Part shown: positions 14,773 through 30,420 of the stretch, piece after piece
Numbering within the stretch: the stretch's first letter is position 1
Layout: each line of letters begins with the position of its first letter
Made by a program: the position numbers and the translations under genes
Notes under the pieces: model-generated
Seen by the model: the letters and a program-made list of their open reading frames with translations, nothing else
Told to the model about the DNA's origin: nothing
Databases searched by the model: none
NCBI GenBank assembly: GCA_012295275.1
Contig: CM022679.1
Span: 7,564,001-7,628,000, forward strand
Source of the DNA: Chrysomallon squamiferum
Lineage: Eukaryota; Animalia; Mollusca
Direction of reading: 5' to 3'
DNA length: 64,000 bases

Positions 14773-15625
<853 letters not shown>

Positions 15626-16280
15626 AATGGTAAATTTATGATCATGACATAAAAAGTTTATTCCTATACATGTCTTTAGAATTAAGGACACACACACATA
15701 CTCAATTGATGCTATTCGAAAAAAGTAGCGAACATTACTGTACAAAATTACCAGCAAAAATTAGTAACATTCATCAACTATTTCTTTCTTTCTTTTATTG
15801 ACACATCATTCTTTCTTCCTTCCTTTCTAGTGTATCTGCTGGTGCCACTGGAACTGTTGTTATGAGTGGAATGTACTTCTCAGTATAAAATAATAGAATT
15901 CTTTTTTTCTTCTTCTTCTTCTTTTTTTTTTTTTTTAACGTTCTGCATTTATTTCTTTCTATTTTCAGAATATGCAGTTTTTAAAAAGAACCAGTAGCAA
16001 TTATAAAAGACATGCTATAGTTTTCTGTTTTTAGTTAATGTCATCTCTGGTTTTTTGTCATACTTTGAATGTATCGTGTTCATATCTCCCTTGGTGAATT
16101 AAATATGAAGATGACATTTTGCTTTTTACTATATTGTTTTTTTAAAAATTGAAAATGACATAACATGTGAAAGTAAATACTGACGTTAGAATTCTTCTTG
16201 AAATTATAAATACGTGGGTGGAAACATAATGCAAGAAATAATATTTTTTAATTTCTTTTTTTACTCTTACTTCTAACTTT

Positions 16281-16323
<43 letters not shown>

Positions 16324-17065
16324 TGTATTTATTTATTGTTGTTTTTGTTGTTAGTATGATTGTTTTTGTTGTTTTTATTATTATCATTATTATTATTTTT
16401 GTTGTTGTTCTTGCTGTTGTTGCTGCTATTATTATTATTATTATCATCATCACGATTATTATTAATTTTCTTTATCACTTTATATTTTTTTTTTTATTCC
16501 TTTATGTTATATATACATATTTTTGTGTAAATTTAAAAATTTAACACTATTAAAACTACGTTCTCTCTGCTGATTCTAGACTTCGCACGAAAAACGACAC
16601 ACGACAAAACGGTTAAATTAAAACGGTTGTTTCTTGCAAAGTCTTTTGACACCGACTGAGTTCAAGCTCACAGCTCTGTTAAGAGTCGTGACCTCAGAAC
16701 TGACAAATCAAAGAATTAATCCTTTACAACGCGTCGGCAACATGTATCAAAACCATGTACTTCGTTCCCCTTTGTCTGCAATTAATGCAGGGCACATTTA
16801 AAAGACATTGTCTTGTTAATCGAAAAATATGAAATCATTGCACTCAGTCAGGTTATGTTCTCTTTATGTGTCTGATTCATAATCACATAAACGATGCTAT
16901 AAAAACGTAGATTTTGAATTCGTCGTTTTTGAATTTGTCGTTAAACACTTTTGTTTTTCTAAACTGGTGTGCTTCAGTGAAATAAACTCTTCAATGTTTT
17001 AAATATTACATGAGTAACACAGATGGGAGAAGAAGCTATTATCACAAACAGCTAAATCTCTTTTG

Positions 17066-17107
<42 letters not shown>

Positions 17108-17927
17108 TGCAAGAGAAAGTGGTTTAATCTGCGACAAAATAACATTTCTGCAGCAGCGGGATCTGAGATACCGAGTTAATAAGAAACTATATCTCTCCCC
17201 GAAGACATAAATAAAAACAAGCAGGTCCCCTGGGAAAACACGGGGAATGCATCCCAGTTCATTGCAAGAACTAAATCTTAATTTATCAATCTAACTGTAC
17301 AGGGAACTGGCCGCGTGACACGCAAGTCATTCGTTTTCTTCGTGTATACAGCCTCAGGCTTATTTAGCACAATATTGTTTTACGTAATTATTGACTAGAT
17401 ATACTGGCGCTTTTTTTTTTTATTATGGTAGTTTCTTTTGTTTTTATTGCGTGCACTCTGCAGTTTAGAGACGTGATAAAAAGTTGAAGCAGTCGCAACT
17501 TTTCTCAGTGCACGTCTCACAAATGATGTCAGGAGACTGTTTTTTAATCTTTGTTTTAGATTTATTTACTGTGCTCGTGTTTGGGGTGGTTTTTTTTTTA
17601 AATTTTGGCAGATGTAGACATAGTAATTATCTCTGACATTTTGAGTCACTGTTATTTCTATTATGTAAAATTTTATTACATGCTGTAATTAAATACTTTT
17701 TGCACGTATGCTTTGAACGATAGAGTTTTCATTTATTGTACAATATGATGTCTGACTGTAAAATAATTTAAACAAAAAAGATATGTTCATTGTACCTCTG
17801 TAGAAAGGTTTCATTTGTATTACACTACTCCAAGTTTCAAACACCCAGATTTTGCATTGAATTATGCCAATTATTATTATTATTATTATTTTTGTTTTTG
17901 TTGTTACTGTTGTTGATGCTGTTGTCG

Positions 17928-17959
<32 letters not shown>

Positions 17960-19007
17960 ATATCTAATTACTTTATACCTATAACTCAGTCTTGAAATGT
18001 CCAGTGTTCTCTTTCTTTCTTTCTTATTCTCTCTCTGCCTCTGTCTCTTTTTATCTCTCTTTCTCTCTATCTCTTAGTCTCTATTTCTGTCTACCTCTGT
18101 TTGTCTCTTCGTCTGTCTGTCACTCTCTTTCTCTTAATCTCAGTATATCTCTTTCTGGTTTCTCCCAGTTTGTCCCTCGCGCTGTCATTCGTCGAAAGTA
18201 GCTGTATTGGCTAAACATTATTGTACTGCATTCAATCGCGAAGTTAATTTAAAAAGCGAAATTTGAGATTTCACTTTATCAACAGAACTTCAAATGTGAA
18301 GCCTAAAGAAAGCTGTTTTCAAGTCTGCCTAAAGACTTCGCTTTCTTTGTAATTTCTAAAAGTGCTTTTTTTTATTATATCCTTGTACTTAATTCTCCTT
18401 TGATCGCAATCCGCTTTCGTATTATAAATTTGGAAAAAAAAAAAAAAAAAAAAATTAAATTACGTAAGTCACGTGACACTGTGCTATATTCTCGACGACA
18501 AACTGGGCTGTGTACTTCCTTTACTTTTACGTAACACGGTAAAACTTGAATATATTCTTTAAGATACGATTTAATTACATTGTCTGAGCAAAAATTAAAG
18601 AAGGAAATCTCATTATGAGAAACACAGCACTTTTCTTGTAAGCGTCAGACCAAATAAAAACCAGATTCAGCTCCGCTCTCTGGATGGAAATGAACGACGA
18701 CAGTGTCGTTGGAGTGCGCAGACGTCTGCAGTCGGTGCGAATGTTAAAACGCGTCTGTGTGACCATCATTAACACGAACCTAATCAGCGGACAGAAGTGA
18801 TGCTTTCAGTGTAACTCAGTTTTTTCTATGTCTTCAGATGCACACGTCAGTGATGTCGTCTGGCTTGGCATCGTACAACAAAGCAAACTTTCGGAAGACG
18901 TGAACAGAACACGAACAGACGATTTAACCATAGTCGAAATCTGTTACAGAGTTCCGTGAATTAACGTAATATTATTTACAAGTAGTGAAAGCTTTTATTT
19001 ATCTTTA

Positions 19008-19040
<33 letters not shown>

Positions 19041-19270
19041 TGGGAAATATTTTGAAATACACAGTATATTAATCGGATTTTTTTTTTTTTTTTTTTTTGA
19101 GTTTTGAATTTTGTTGTTGTTTTGTTTTTGTTCTTAAATTAAATTTTGGTTTGACTAAAGATAACGAATGTTTAATTTTTTTTTTTTTTTTAGATGCCAC
19201 CAATGGAAGACTGATCAGTGATACCATTAAAAAAAAAAAAAAAAAAAAAAAAGACAACGCAGACGACGTC

Positions 19271-20023
19271 ATGTCGACTCAGACGCCATCAGATCTCAGC
19301 TTCAACAACACGTCTGAGGAGGAGGAGGACTTGCCGCCCGGGCACGCCCCGCTGTCGGTGCCCCTGTACCTGCAGGTGACGATCATAACGATGTACTCTC
19401 TGATCGTCATTCTGGCTCTTGGCGGGAACATCATCATCTGCTTCACCATCCTGCGCGCGAGACGAATGAGAACCGTCATCAACCTCTTCATCGTCAGCCT
19501 GTCAGTCAGCGACATCCTCATGGCGCTCTTCTGCATTCCCTTCACCTTCGTAGCCAACCTCGTCCTCAACTACTGGCCCTTCGGGGACTTCCTCTGTCCC
19601 GTCGTGACGTACCTGCAAGTCGTCATGGTGTTTCTCAGTTCGTTCACCCTCACGGCCATCAGTCTGGACAGGTACGTGGCCATCATTTTCCCCATGAGAC
19701 AGAAACTCACGAAAGGACCGGCGCTCGTCATAATAGCCGTTATCTGGATACTTTCCTTTGTGATTCCAATTCCCACGGGACGCTACTCCAGCACGCACAA
19801 GTACGTCAACGTGTCCACCGCGCCGACATTCTGCGAAGAAATATGGCCGCTGGAGTCGGCCAGAAGGATTTACAGCACGTCTCTGCTAATTCTGCAGTAC
19901 GTCGTCCCGCTGTTAATCATGATCGTGGCGTACGGGCAGATCATCATCGTCATCTGGATGAACAAGACCCCAGGTGAAGCCGTCACGTCAAGAGACCAGA
20001 GAATGAACGAGTCGAAGAAAAAG
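19271..20023 (+). CDS. Gene A, coding exon 1: luqin/RYamide-receptor-like neuropeptide GPCR (N-terminus to ICL3, TM1-TM5, 251 codons)
   Basis: ATG at 19271 (context gacgtcATGt) lies in ORF 19097..20047. GC-rich codons; N-glycosylation site NTS; TM1 GGN, TM2 LSVSD...PF, ECL1 YWPFG, TM3 C...Q...DRY, TM4 W, ECL2 Cys (FCEEIW), TM5 QYVVPL, ICL3 KTPGEA. Ends ESKKK at donor AAG|GTATAT (GT 20024-20025), phase 0. Confidence 0.93.
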
Positions 20024-20363
20024 GTATATTGGTCAATAGTTTTGTAAATGATTAATAACGAGTTTCTATTTGTGAAAAGGTAGCAGCAGCTGCCAGAGAT
20101 GTCTTCGCTGTTTAACCCTCGTTTAGAGTCTGAAATCACTGGCAGCTGAAACAACCACAAAACATTAGCAATTAATGGACCACGACGTTTTGTTAGATTT
20201 ATATTGTAATGTCTTGGTAAAGTGCAGCAATATTTCAGCTTGATTCATTCTTTGACCATAATTATCATAATTATCATCAGTTATCATCTGTCTTTATCAT
20301 TATTTTCGATATTGATATTGTGTTTCGTTATTGTTAATATTACAGCTTTTATTATTGTTGTTG

Positions 20364-20413
<50 letters not shown>

Positions 20414-21369
20414 TTGCAATCAAAATACGTTTTGAAACTCGTAAAAACGGACCATCTTTTACGACCTTTATTCCAATTTCATTTTATAGAAGTAAAAAAA
20501 AAAAAAATATAAAAAATATTAAAAAAAATCTTTCTTTCCTGTTGCTATTCATGTGGTTAATAAAAATAACTCAAAATAAAACTTTCACAGGCACGAAAAT
20601 AGCAATCATAATTTCAAACCAGCACCAGAGATTTAATTTATAAATGTTATTGATCTCTGCTGCCTCGTACATTCTGTCTAATGTCAAACCGCACAACGTC
20701 GTCTCTGGCATGATTTCCATCACAGACGCAAAGTGTTTTCGCTAGCAGCAGCCTGTACGTTGTTTTCTGAGTCCCAGTTACATCACTGTCAATTTCGACC
20801 GTCACCGTGAACCGAATGCAAACAAATTAGCAGTTTTTTGATGGTTCTAATTTGTTTAGGTATCACTAATAATACAAGAATGATCTGTGGGTGCATTGGT
20901 TATTCAGAACAGATAAAGATATCAGTGTTGTTGTAAAGAGATTTCTTTTATTTAGTTGTGTGTTTGTGATTTATGACTGCAGGTTCGTATATATATATAT
21001 ATGTGCATGTATGTAGGTATGTAGGTGTTTAGATAGGTAGGCAGGTAGACAGAAGTGACACGTTGTAATTATATGCTTGCTGTGTATATGTTTGTGTATG
21101 TGTTTGGGTGTGAATGTATGAATGTATGTATATATGTGTGTATGTGTGTATGTATGTGTGTATGTGTGTGTATATATGTATGTATGTTTTTCAGAAGCCT
21201 TTCAGCCTATCAGTCCTTCTGATAGAATATCTGCGTACTTTGACTAGTGTGTATTAATATTTAAGTGAATTTTGACATAATTATGTGATGAAAATTGAAG
21301 ACAGTTTGTAAGAATGCAGAATATTCATTTATTTGTATCGTCATCCGAATCATCATAATCATCATCATA

Positions 21370-21422
<53 letters not shown>

Positions 21423-24400
21423 CGAAAGAAAACAATAGAGCTGAAGAGCAAACTACCTCACATAACTAAAAAAAAAAAAAAATAAAAAAAAAAACTTTCA
21501 GCAAAATTGTCTTTGGCAATGTTACAACAAAAAAAAAAAGTTATTATGTTCACAACTGGCTATTTGTGGACCAACAACAAATGGTTTCATATTGTACAAA
21601 AGTAGAAAGTTTTTACAGTAAACAATTAGAACGAAAAGTGAGTAGCAATCTTACGATAGCTCGGGCAAATTTAACAGATGCTAGACTTTTAGAAAACGTA
21701 CTGAGAGTAGTCGTTCTTCTGTCTTCAAGCAGATTGTTATCTTCCTACGGTAACTTATCTATTAGATTAACGTTCTTCTTGCTAAAAAGAAAAGGAAGTA
21801 TAGAGGTGTTCTTTCACGTTATGGCCTCAATCAAAAAAAACAAATCAAGTGTTAAGCATCGGCTGAGCAACGAAATTAAATGGCACGTAAACTGTGAAGA
21901 AGATTGGACTGAATTCAGTTACGTTTAAACCAGGTGACGTTCGTTGCCTTGAAACGTACTGGCTGACCTCAAAGATACACAGCAGTAGCGCTGTTCTAAG
22001 ACATAACATAGCTGTCGAGAGCGGCTCAATGTTTTTCTTTCAGGAGGATCGATCTCGCGACCCAACGAACCACAGTCCTAACTGTTCTGCCTTCTTTTCT
22101 TACGACTAAACATAAAGTGAGATACTCAAGTACAAATAAATATATTTCTATCTACATGAAGCTAGTTTCTTGTTTCCGATCTCTGGCGTACGATGGTAGT
22201 TTCCTGTGAAAGGAAAAACATCTTTTTACAAGGTTTCATACAGCAGAGAATTTACCTCTTTGTTAAACTAGATGTCCGTAGGAAGCAGTCAGTTTAGTTC
22301 AACGTCAACTTAGTTTTTTTAATTAGAGATAATCGTGTTATTTTGTACGCTTTCAGTTCGCAGTGTCTTGCAATTTTACTATCACCAGTTCTGTGATTCC
22401 TGCAGGCAACGTGATCGCAATCATGTAAGCAGCATATAGCTAATTTTGTTGTCGTGTTTAGGATTTATTTAAATCGAGGTTTATAACCCGTTTACCCGCT
22501 TTTGAGGTTTTCAGATTATATATATATATCACTTTGATGTGATAAAATGAAACACACAAAGTTCTAGCTATCTTGCAGAGTTAAAAGAAAATATATCGGT
22601 AAAGATTTGCGTCTAATTCGGAAACCTATCTTCACATCAAGCTTCCCTTTGTAACACAACACATTAATGCCAAGCATTCATTACAATATCATGTGTAGTC
22701 AGTGTTCATGCACATTTATCCAGCCTCTGACATATCTGAGTCTCTTATCATAAACAGAATATTTAAGTGGTTTTTCGAATGTTGGTAAATAAATGCCATC
22801 TCCCTAACATTTACGACCCCGTTTGTTACAACACTGGCGTAGACAGAGAGATAATTAATATGTTTTTCCTAATCGTTTTTCTGACAGAATATATTAGTTA
22901 CGTACGTCGATGCTTGTTCAGATATTACGCAAGACGTTAATGTTACGACCTGAAAGAGAAGAGATCATCATTTAAACTCATTAGTCTTGTCTTTCTGAAT
23001 CCGTCTGGATTTCACGATATGAAATATAGCATTTATTCTGAAGGTGGCACTTAAGAAAATGAATTAATTTAAATTTAAAAAAATTAATAAATAAATAAAA
23101 AGTTGTTGGGAAGTGTCATTATTATGATCATGATAAAATAAAAAAAAATAAAAGAAGAAAAAAGTAGTAGTAGTAATATTCCGCTCAAAATTTCAATTAA
23201 CGCTATTGATCGTTTTTCTGAAATAAGTCTTCAGAAAGTTTCACTATCGATTATTTAAACTGAAATTCTCTTAATCTGTACACTTCGACGTAGTTATATA
23301 AATTTATCAAATGCCAACAGTTTAATTAATGTTGTATTTTGATTTCTTGATCATTTTATTTATTTATTTTATTTATTTATTTATTTATAGTTTGCATTAT
23401 GCTGTAAGACTATTGTTGTTGTTTATTTGTTGTTTGTTTGTTTTTGTTTAGACATTCAAATGATTCATCGAAATAGGTCACAAGTCATAACTCTATTCTA
23501 ATCTTAAAAGATATTTGTCTGATCTTTGTGACCTTATTTCTAAAATTTGTCATACTGATGACTTTACATTTTCCTGCACAGAATAAATCACTAAGTCTTA
23601 CACTTGAAGTTGTTTTGTCATACATAACAGCATCCATAAAACCTAATTAAATACTGCTTCGTTAAAGGTAGGAAAAATGCTCGATACAGTTGCAGGCAGT
23701 ATCTTAAAAGCTGTATATATATATATGAATCAATTAAATAACTTTTTGTTTTGTTTTGAGTTTAATATAATTCATTTACATTTATTTATTATATATTTCT
23801 ACTGCTTTCGAGCTAAAGTTGACACTTGCTAAATGACAGGAAAATTACATATTAATTACAAGTATAATTATAATACATATTATCATTTATCATTTATCTG
23901 TTTCTCTGTCCGTTTTATCTCCAGTTCTGACTACATATCGTACTTCTGTTATTTTTGTTGTTGTTGTTAGTTTGTTAGTTTGTTTGTTGTTTTTCTGCCT
24001 ATCTTCTCTCTATCTTTTTAAAACTCTTTCTATCTTTCTTTAAACACTTTCAGATATACCAACCCACCCACCTAAAATTCCTAAATTCAGTTTCGTTTGA
24101 AACCCACACACATACATCACCATACATTACAATCATTTCCTGGAGAAAAACCCGCTTTTTATTTGAATTCAGTGAAACGTTTCACTTTTGGGGAAAAAAA
24201 ACACCCCAAAAAACAAACACTCAAAGCTGTAGATTTTTGTATCAAATGTTACTTAGTTCCATGATCAAATGATACTTTAAACTCGTCCAACTCATTAAAC
24301 AGAGAAAAATCTGCTCAAACGAAGAGAAAGCTGAAATATTACCTGAAGCTGTTCTATCACCTGCACCACATAACATACCAAAATAAGATAAAACTCTAGC

Positions 24401-26063
24401 ATAAAACATTTCGTCTTTGTTCCTAGTTCTTTTTTAAACAAAGTTTACTTTACCTTTTTTTTTTTTTTTTTTTTTTTTTTTTGCGACATTCCCTTCGGAT
24501 ACAATTACATTCCAACTGAAATGGTCCAGCAGACAAAAATTTAAAACAATTTTTTTTTTTTTTTTTTTTTCGTTAAAACAACACAGACTCGAGATTGAGT
24601 AATGTGATGTCGTTCTGTGTTCACTGACGAATTGTGTATAGAAAGCAGGATTAAGTTTGTAGAATTAGTCTCATCAATCATCTCGGGAACTGCTTAAATT
24701 CAGTCTCGTTTAAAACAAATAGAAACTTTAAATGTGTTGAGTGAAAGCTGTACCTACTGAAGTTTATAAAAAAAAAAAAAAAAAAAAAATCAATATAATC
24801 GTTGTTTCTTAATTTAAATCTTTTATTTATTTATTTTTCTATCTCCTACTGATTCCTAATTTTTTTTATTATTATTATTTTATTATTATTTTAATTATTT
24901 TTTTATTTTATTATATATTTTTTTTTTTATAATTTTTTTTTTTTATTTTTTTTTTTTTTTGTTATTGAATATTAAAGAATAATAAGATTTTTATTAATAA
25001 ACATTTTTTTTACAGCTCATGGTTATTATTTTTAAAACTGATGAATTATAGAATTTTTTTTTTTTTTTTTTTTTAACAAACCAATATTAAAAGCTGTTTC
25101 TCATTTAATTTCATGACTAGCTGAGTCTGATCAATCGCTGAGTTACTGATACTGTCAGTGAGTTTGTTCCTGCTCACTAAATCATAAATAAAACACGCGG
25201 TTAACACGTGACATGACTGACTATTCAACTGGAATGTAAATTATTAAGCGACTCGACACCGTAAAACATCAAAATAGATTTTGTAATCAAACTTCACGTA
25301 TCTGCACGTGCAAATGTCGCGACATTCCCTGGACAGCTTACACTAATTTTGTAAGTTTCAGTTTCAATGATCTAGAGACCGTGAGTTCGAATCTCAGACA
25401 CCACCAGCTCGTTACAGTTTTAAAAATATAAATCGTACTCAAAAAAAAAAAATAATAATAATATTATTGTGAATAGATTAATGGATGGAATGGAACAAGT
25501 TATTTTCCCGAACATTAACTATTTTTTTTTTTGTTGTTTTTTATTTTATTGGGTTTTTTTTGTTTGTTTGTTAGCTTTTTTTATGCTTTTGTTGTTGTTG
25601 TTTTTTATTTTTATTTTTTTTTTTTTTATTTTTTTTTTTTTTTTTTTTATTGTCTTCTGTTTTTTTTTTATTTTGGGGGGGTTTTTTTTGGTTTATTTTT
25701 TTATTTTTTTTTTTTTTATTTTTTTTTTTTGGTTTCTTTTTCTTCTCATCGGATTCATGTGTAGCCATTTGTTTCTGAATTAATTTAACGATGTTAGGAC
25801 ACAACGTTTATATGAGTTTGATGTAAACCACAAAATCTCATGAATTATTTATGTTCTAAATATGAGATTAAAAATGTTACCTAGTGCACCAGCCAGATGC
25901 TTGAAAAAGCCGACAAAAAAAAAAAAAAAAAAAAAAAAAAAGAAGATTAGAATCATTTATTTGTAAATCAATTTTCTGATAAAATCTAAGAAGTTAAATA
26001 TTTTCTCTTTTTATTAAATTATTTGCAACTGATAAGAAATTGTAATAAAAAAGATATATCGTT

Positions 26064-26108
<45 letters not shown>

Positions 26109-26913
26109 CTTTTTTTTTTTCTTTTCCTAAAAAAAAAAAAGAAAGAAAGAAAGAAAGAAAGAAAGAAAAAGAAAAGATAAAAGAAATCGTTTAGTTTGTG
26201 CGTTATGATAAGAATTCTGTTGTTTTCAGAAAAGTGGATATTTGCTGTTATATTCAAACTTCTATTAATCAAGCCAAAAAACAAAAAAAAAGTCATTTAG
26301 TTTGTGTGTTATGATGAATTCTGGAGTGTGTTTTTTTTTTTTCAATACATATCGAGGTGTGTTATCGCTTGTTGTACGTGCAGATTTAATTCAGACAAGA
26401 CAGAAATTTGATAAACGTTATTCCAATATCAGATTATCTCCCAACCAGTCTGTCACTCAAAAATCTACAACTCATTTACCCCAAAACAGATCACGGGATA
26501 AAGGCATACAGATACCATTTGTAGCTAGATTTGAGGAGCGCAGATTTTGTGGGAGGAAAAAAAAAAAAAAAAAAAAAGACAAATTCTTCCTGGCTAATGA
26601 AATCAGCCAACAGAGAATATAGTGAGTTAATGTGTTTGTAATGAACAGAAAGTTACGTGTTTCGTAACCACTGGATTTTCTCGCCTTCTGCCAATCGCTT
26701 CCTTTACCAAAATCAATCTTTCGTACACGAAATTATTTCAGCAATCTGTTGTTTAATAAACACCCACACACAAAACACACAAGTAAGGTTAGCTGAGGTC
26801 AGAATCACGTATGTATTTTGAATACCTGTTTTTAGTGAAACATTAACCTTTTATCTGTTTTTGTTCTGCTTCATTACCATTTTCTTTCTATATGTATGTC
26901 TCTGTGTTCTTCC

Positions 26914-26981
<68 letters not shown>

Positions 26982-28749
26982 CTTGTTATTTATATCAGTT
27001 ACATCATGTGCATCACCTTTGACATTAATCAGTTCAAATTCATTACAAATTACGGCAAGGGCTTCATTTAGTGGGAACGTGTTCTTGACACTAATGGCTG
27101 CAGTTAAATTAATGAAGCCGAAATCACAACAGCTAAACGAGTATAGTCAGTGGATCACTTGCGTCAGTGAATGGTCCAGCTTTTGACGCCAAGTCTGCAT
27201 TTCACAGTTAAATAAGCATTAAACTGCATTAAAAGCTTTCTGCGTCCGTTTGTCCGTTTTGCTGGTCGAAAAACTATATCGAAAACACTCTTCGATCAAA
27301 ATGTCAAAACCTTTGTTAAGTGAAAACCCGTGTATCAGTCCAATATACAATCAAGCGGTTTTGTACAAGAATTACGTTCTGTGTGTGTTTGACACGCGCC
27401 GCCTTGTTTTCAAGAGCACCCCTGTATTATTGAAACTCGCAATAAACCACGACAGAACAACACACTGAAGACAAGTTAGGAACCAACCGCTCAGTTTTAC
27501 AGTTACCAGACTCCAGACAATACAGACTGTTGATATCTTTTCATTTACGACTTGTGTTTTTTCAATAATACGTAATTCTACGATTCATTCTGCTGTTTTT
27601 AATGCAAATGCAAATGAAAACTAATTGTGAGTGACATGCAGATATGTGAAATGGTTAAAAAGCATTATAATTTTGATAAGAATAACTACATGTTCTATCT
27701 TTTGTAATTTAGATTAACCCCCTGAGCAGCCTGTCACGTACAAGTTGATTTTTATCTTTTTTCCCCATTCCAAAGCCTATTTTCACTTTTTTCCACGTAT
27801 TATGTCAGATATTACAATTTATCAATATTTCAAAACCTGAAGACGTAAACATATTTTTATTTTCCCCTAACAGAAGATACAATATGAAATTTACATTCAT
27901 AGTAGTAAACATGTATTTTTCACAAACAGCAGATAAGGTACGAAATTTGTTTTTCTCCACAAAACCGATTTATATGAAACCAATCAGGTCGATGATACCG
28001 CTAGAAAAAAAAAAAAAAAAAAAAAAAGACAGCCTAATGCTGATTTGATTTATGACTCTCAGATAAATTGGAATCTGACAAAAACAGCAAGCTGCAAAGC
28101 ACGGCTATTGTGAATACGTCAGTTTTCAGACAAACGTGTCTTTGTTTTGAGAATACCACAATGATTACTTTCTCGTCAGTATTTTTCACGTCGATACACC
28201 ATATTGACAGATTTCCTTTACTTGCTACGCCTAAATTGCTAAAGAAAAAACAACTGATCATTAAGTAGGTGTGTGTCACCAGTTTAGAAAAACGAAAGAA
28301 AGAACAACATAAACCCGCACGCACGCAAATGACGATAGACATATAAAATTATACACCTACACAGCTTTACCCCGTTTATATATAAATAACCATCCAATTA
28401 CCCACACGCACACACAGTCTGTCTCTGAGTGTGGGTGTGTGTGGGTGTGTATGTGTGTATATGTAGTATATGTAGCATGTACATAGGTATATACATAAAA
28501 ATATATACACACAAATACATTTATATACACATACATACAAACTGTAAAATACACACACAAAGGCATGTAAGTGAGCCGGAGATATAAATTTGAGAAAAAG
28601 TAATCGCCATTTGTTTTCTAAATCAGTATTTGCTTTACTTCAGTTTTGTAATATAATAACATACATTTATCCAATACGAACAATATACGTAACAAAGATT
28701 TCTCCTATATGTACTTATTATTTATTTTACTATTTTGTGTGTGTTTCAG

Positions 28750-29166
28750 ATAACGAAGATGATGCTCATGGTTGTTATTATATACGCCGTGTGCTGGCTG
28801 CCTCTGAACGTCATCAACGTCATCGGCGACATCGACCCCAGCATCTACGACGGCAAACACATGAACATTGTGTGGATGATCGCCCACTGGCTGGCTATGA
28901 GTAACTGCATGTACAATCCCATAGTCTACTGCTGGATGAACTCGAAATTCAGACAGGGATTTGTCCGCGCGTTCAGCTGCTTGCTATGCAGATTCAAACA
29001 GCTCAGCCAGTCGGACGAAATCATGAGGATGAATCGACAAAGTACTTACATGACGTCCGCGTCAACTCACAGTTACAGACGACATTACAAGCTGCACGAC
29101 AGCACAGAGGGCAGTCCTCTGACGCACAGAGGTAACGGTCACATAGAGCTGTCCAAAGCGTGTTGA
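28750..29166 (+). CDS. Gene A, coding exon 2: TM6, TM7, helix 8 and C-tail (138 aa + stop)
   Basis: Acceptor tttcag at 28744-28749, then ITKMMLMVVIIYAVCWLP...WLAMSNCMYNPIVYCWMNSKFR...LSKAC-TGA. Joins exon 1 in frame across an 8726-nt intron (20024-28749) to give a complete 389-aa 7TM protein. Confidence 0.93.
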   Translation: MTKMMLMVVIIYAVCWLPLNVINVIGDIDPSIYDGKHMNIVWMIAHWLAMSNCMYNPIVYCWMNSKFRQGFVRAFSCLLCRFKQLSQSDEIMRMNRQSTYMTSASTHSYRRHYKLHDSTEGSPLTHRGNGHIELSKAC

Positions 29167-30378
29167 TGTTTGTTTGTCCTCACGTGGCGTGGTGTCCACG
29201 TAAAAACAAAAGCTGTCCAGAACCATCAGATCAGCTGAAAAGCGTCAAATGATTGCTGCCTCCATTCGAAATGTCCGGTTTAAAGATGGCCTCGTCTTGA
29301 CTGTGAGAAAGAGGACAATCAGCAGCATTCAAAAAGGCGACTGATGTTATTTCTGAAGGCAAAAACAACCGTCGCAGCATCAGTGTGGAAGAGAACAAAA
29401 CTCAGTTGTTTTGCTCAGATTAAAGACTATCAAAGAGTGATAAAAAAAAAAAAAAAACACCCATGAAATATCTGATTTGAGACAGTTTGAAAGTTTCCTT
29501 AATTTGCAACAATGTGGTGGACAAAATCGATAAATTGTAAACACAAATCAAAGTTCAAAGACAGATTCGGAGTACGCACTGAGACTATGAAAGATTAATG
29601 AGTTGTATTAATATAACCAAAAATCGATACATTTATGTATGACAGTCTAACAATCAGTTATATTGAAAGGTTAAGACTCAAATATTACTTTCCAATTCTG
29701 TAAGATTCCTAAAGTCACTTTTATTTACAGTTCTTTTTGATATGTTTATGTTTTTTATGTAATGGTCTTTAAAGAAGGGTCTATGGAATACTCAACTGGA
29801 ACTCTACTATTAACAGTATATTTTATTAGGGAATACAAAATCAGATTTAAAGAACAGTTCATGATATAATCACCAAAGTGAGAGAAAAAAACACACCAAA
29901 AAACACCACTAGCATCTTGACGGGCAAATGAAACAATGGGTACAAATATTTATTTCATTTGATAAAATAATTGACGTGTATTATTTACTGCTGTACTTTT
30001 CTGAAAACTTTATTTCTTATAGTTACGTTGTTATTGATTTCTTTTTTTTTTTTTCAAATAATTCTACTTTCAGTTTCGTTTTGTTTTGTTTTGTGATATA
30101 AAACGTATTCACGTACAATGACTGGTTTTGTAAAACAACAATGGTGCTCGTGTTAAAAAGATTGTTAATATATAACCATCGATATATGTATCTGTTGTTT
30201 TGTTTTCCTTACAAACATTACATATGTTCTGTATTTATTTATTTTTTTATTTAAAAAAGGGGTATAATAAAAGTATTAGTGAAATACATCGAAGCAAACG
30301 ATAATGCATTCCAAAATGATTTTAAAATTTTCTAAAATAAGAAAATATTTTCAAAATGAAGTCTGCGCTTTATATATT

Positions 30379-30420
<42 letters not shown>

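Noticed and set aside
19097-19270. N-terminal extension of ORF 19097..20047 (MSFEF...KKKKKKKK)
   Set aside because: Starts at a non-ATG codon, runs through poly-T and poly-A tracts and a probable splice acceptor; ATG 19271 is the credible start.
19279-20160. Minus-strand ORFs overlapping gene A exon 1 (also 28705-28887, 43727-44141, 59902-60564)
   Set aside because: Shadow or alternate frames of GC-rich coding exons, with no recognisable motifs.
21566-22109. 120-aa and 71-aa intronic ORFs (also 28034-28342, 54275-54650)
   Set aside because: No recognisable domains, AT-rich codon use unlike the true exons, mostly non-ATG starts.
25375-25410. tRNA-like B-box gtgagttcgaatctca (similar at 4071 and 42410 minus)
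   Set aside because: No A-box or cloverleaf visible; at most SINE-head debris.
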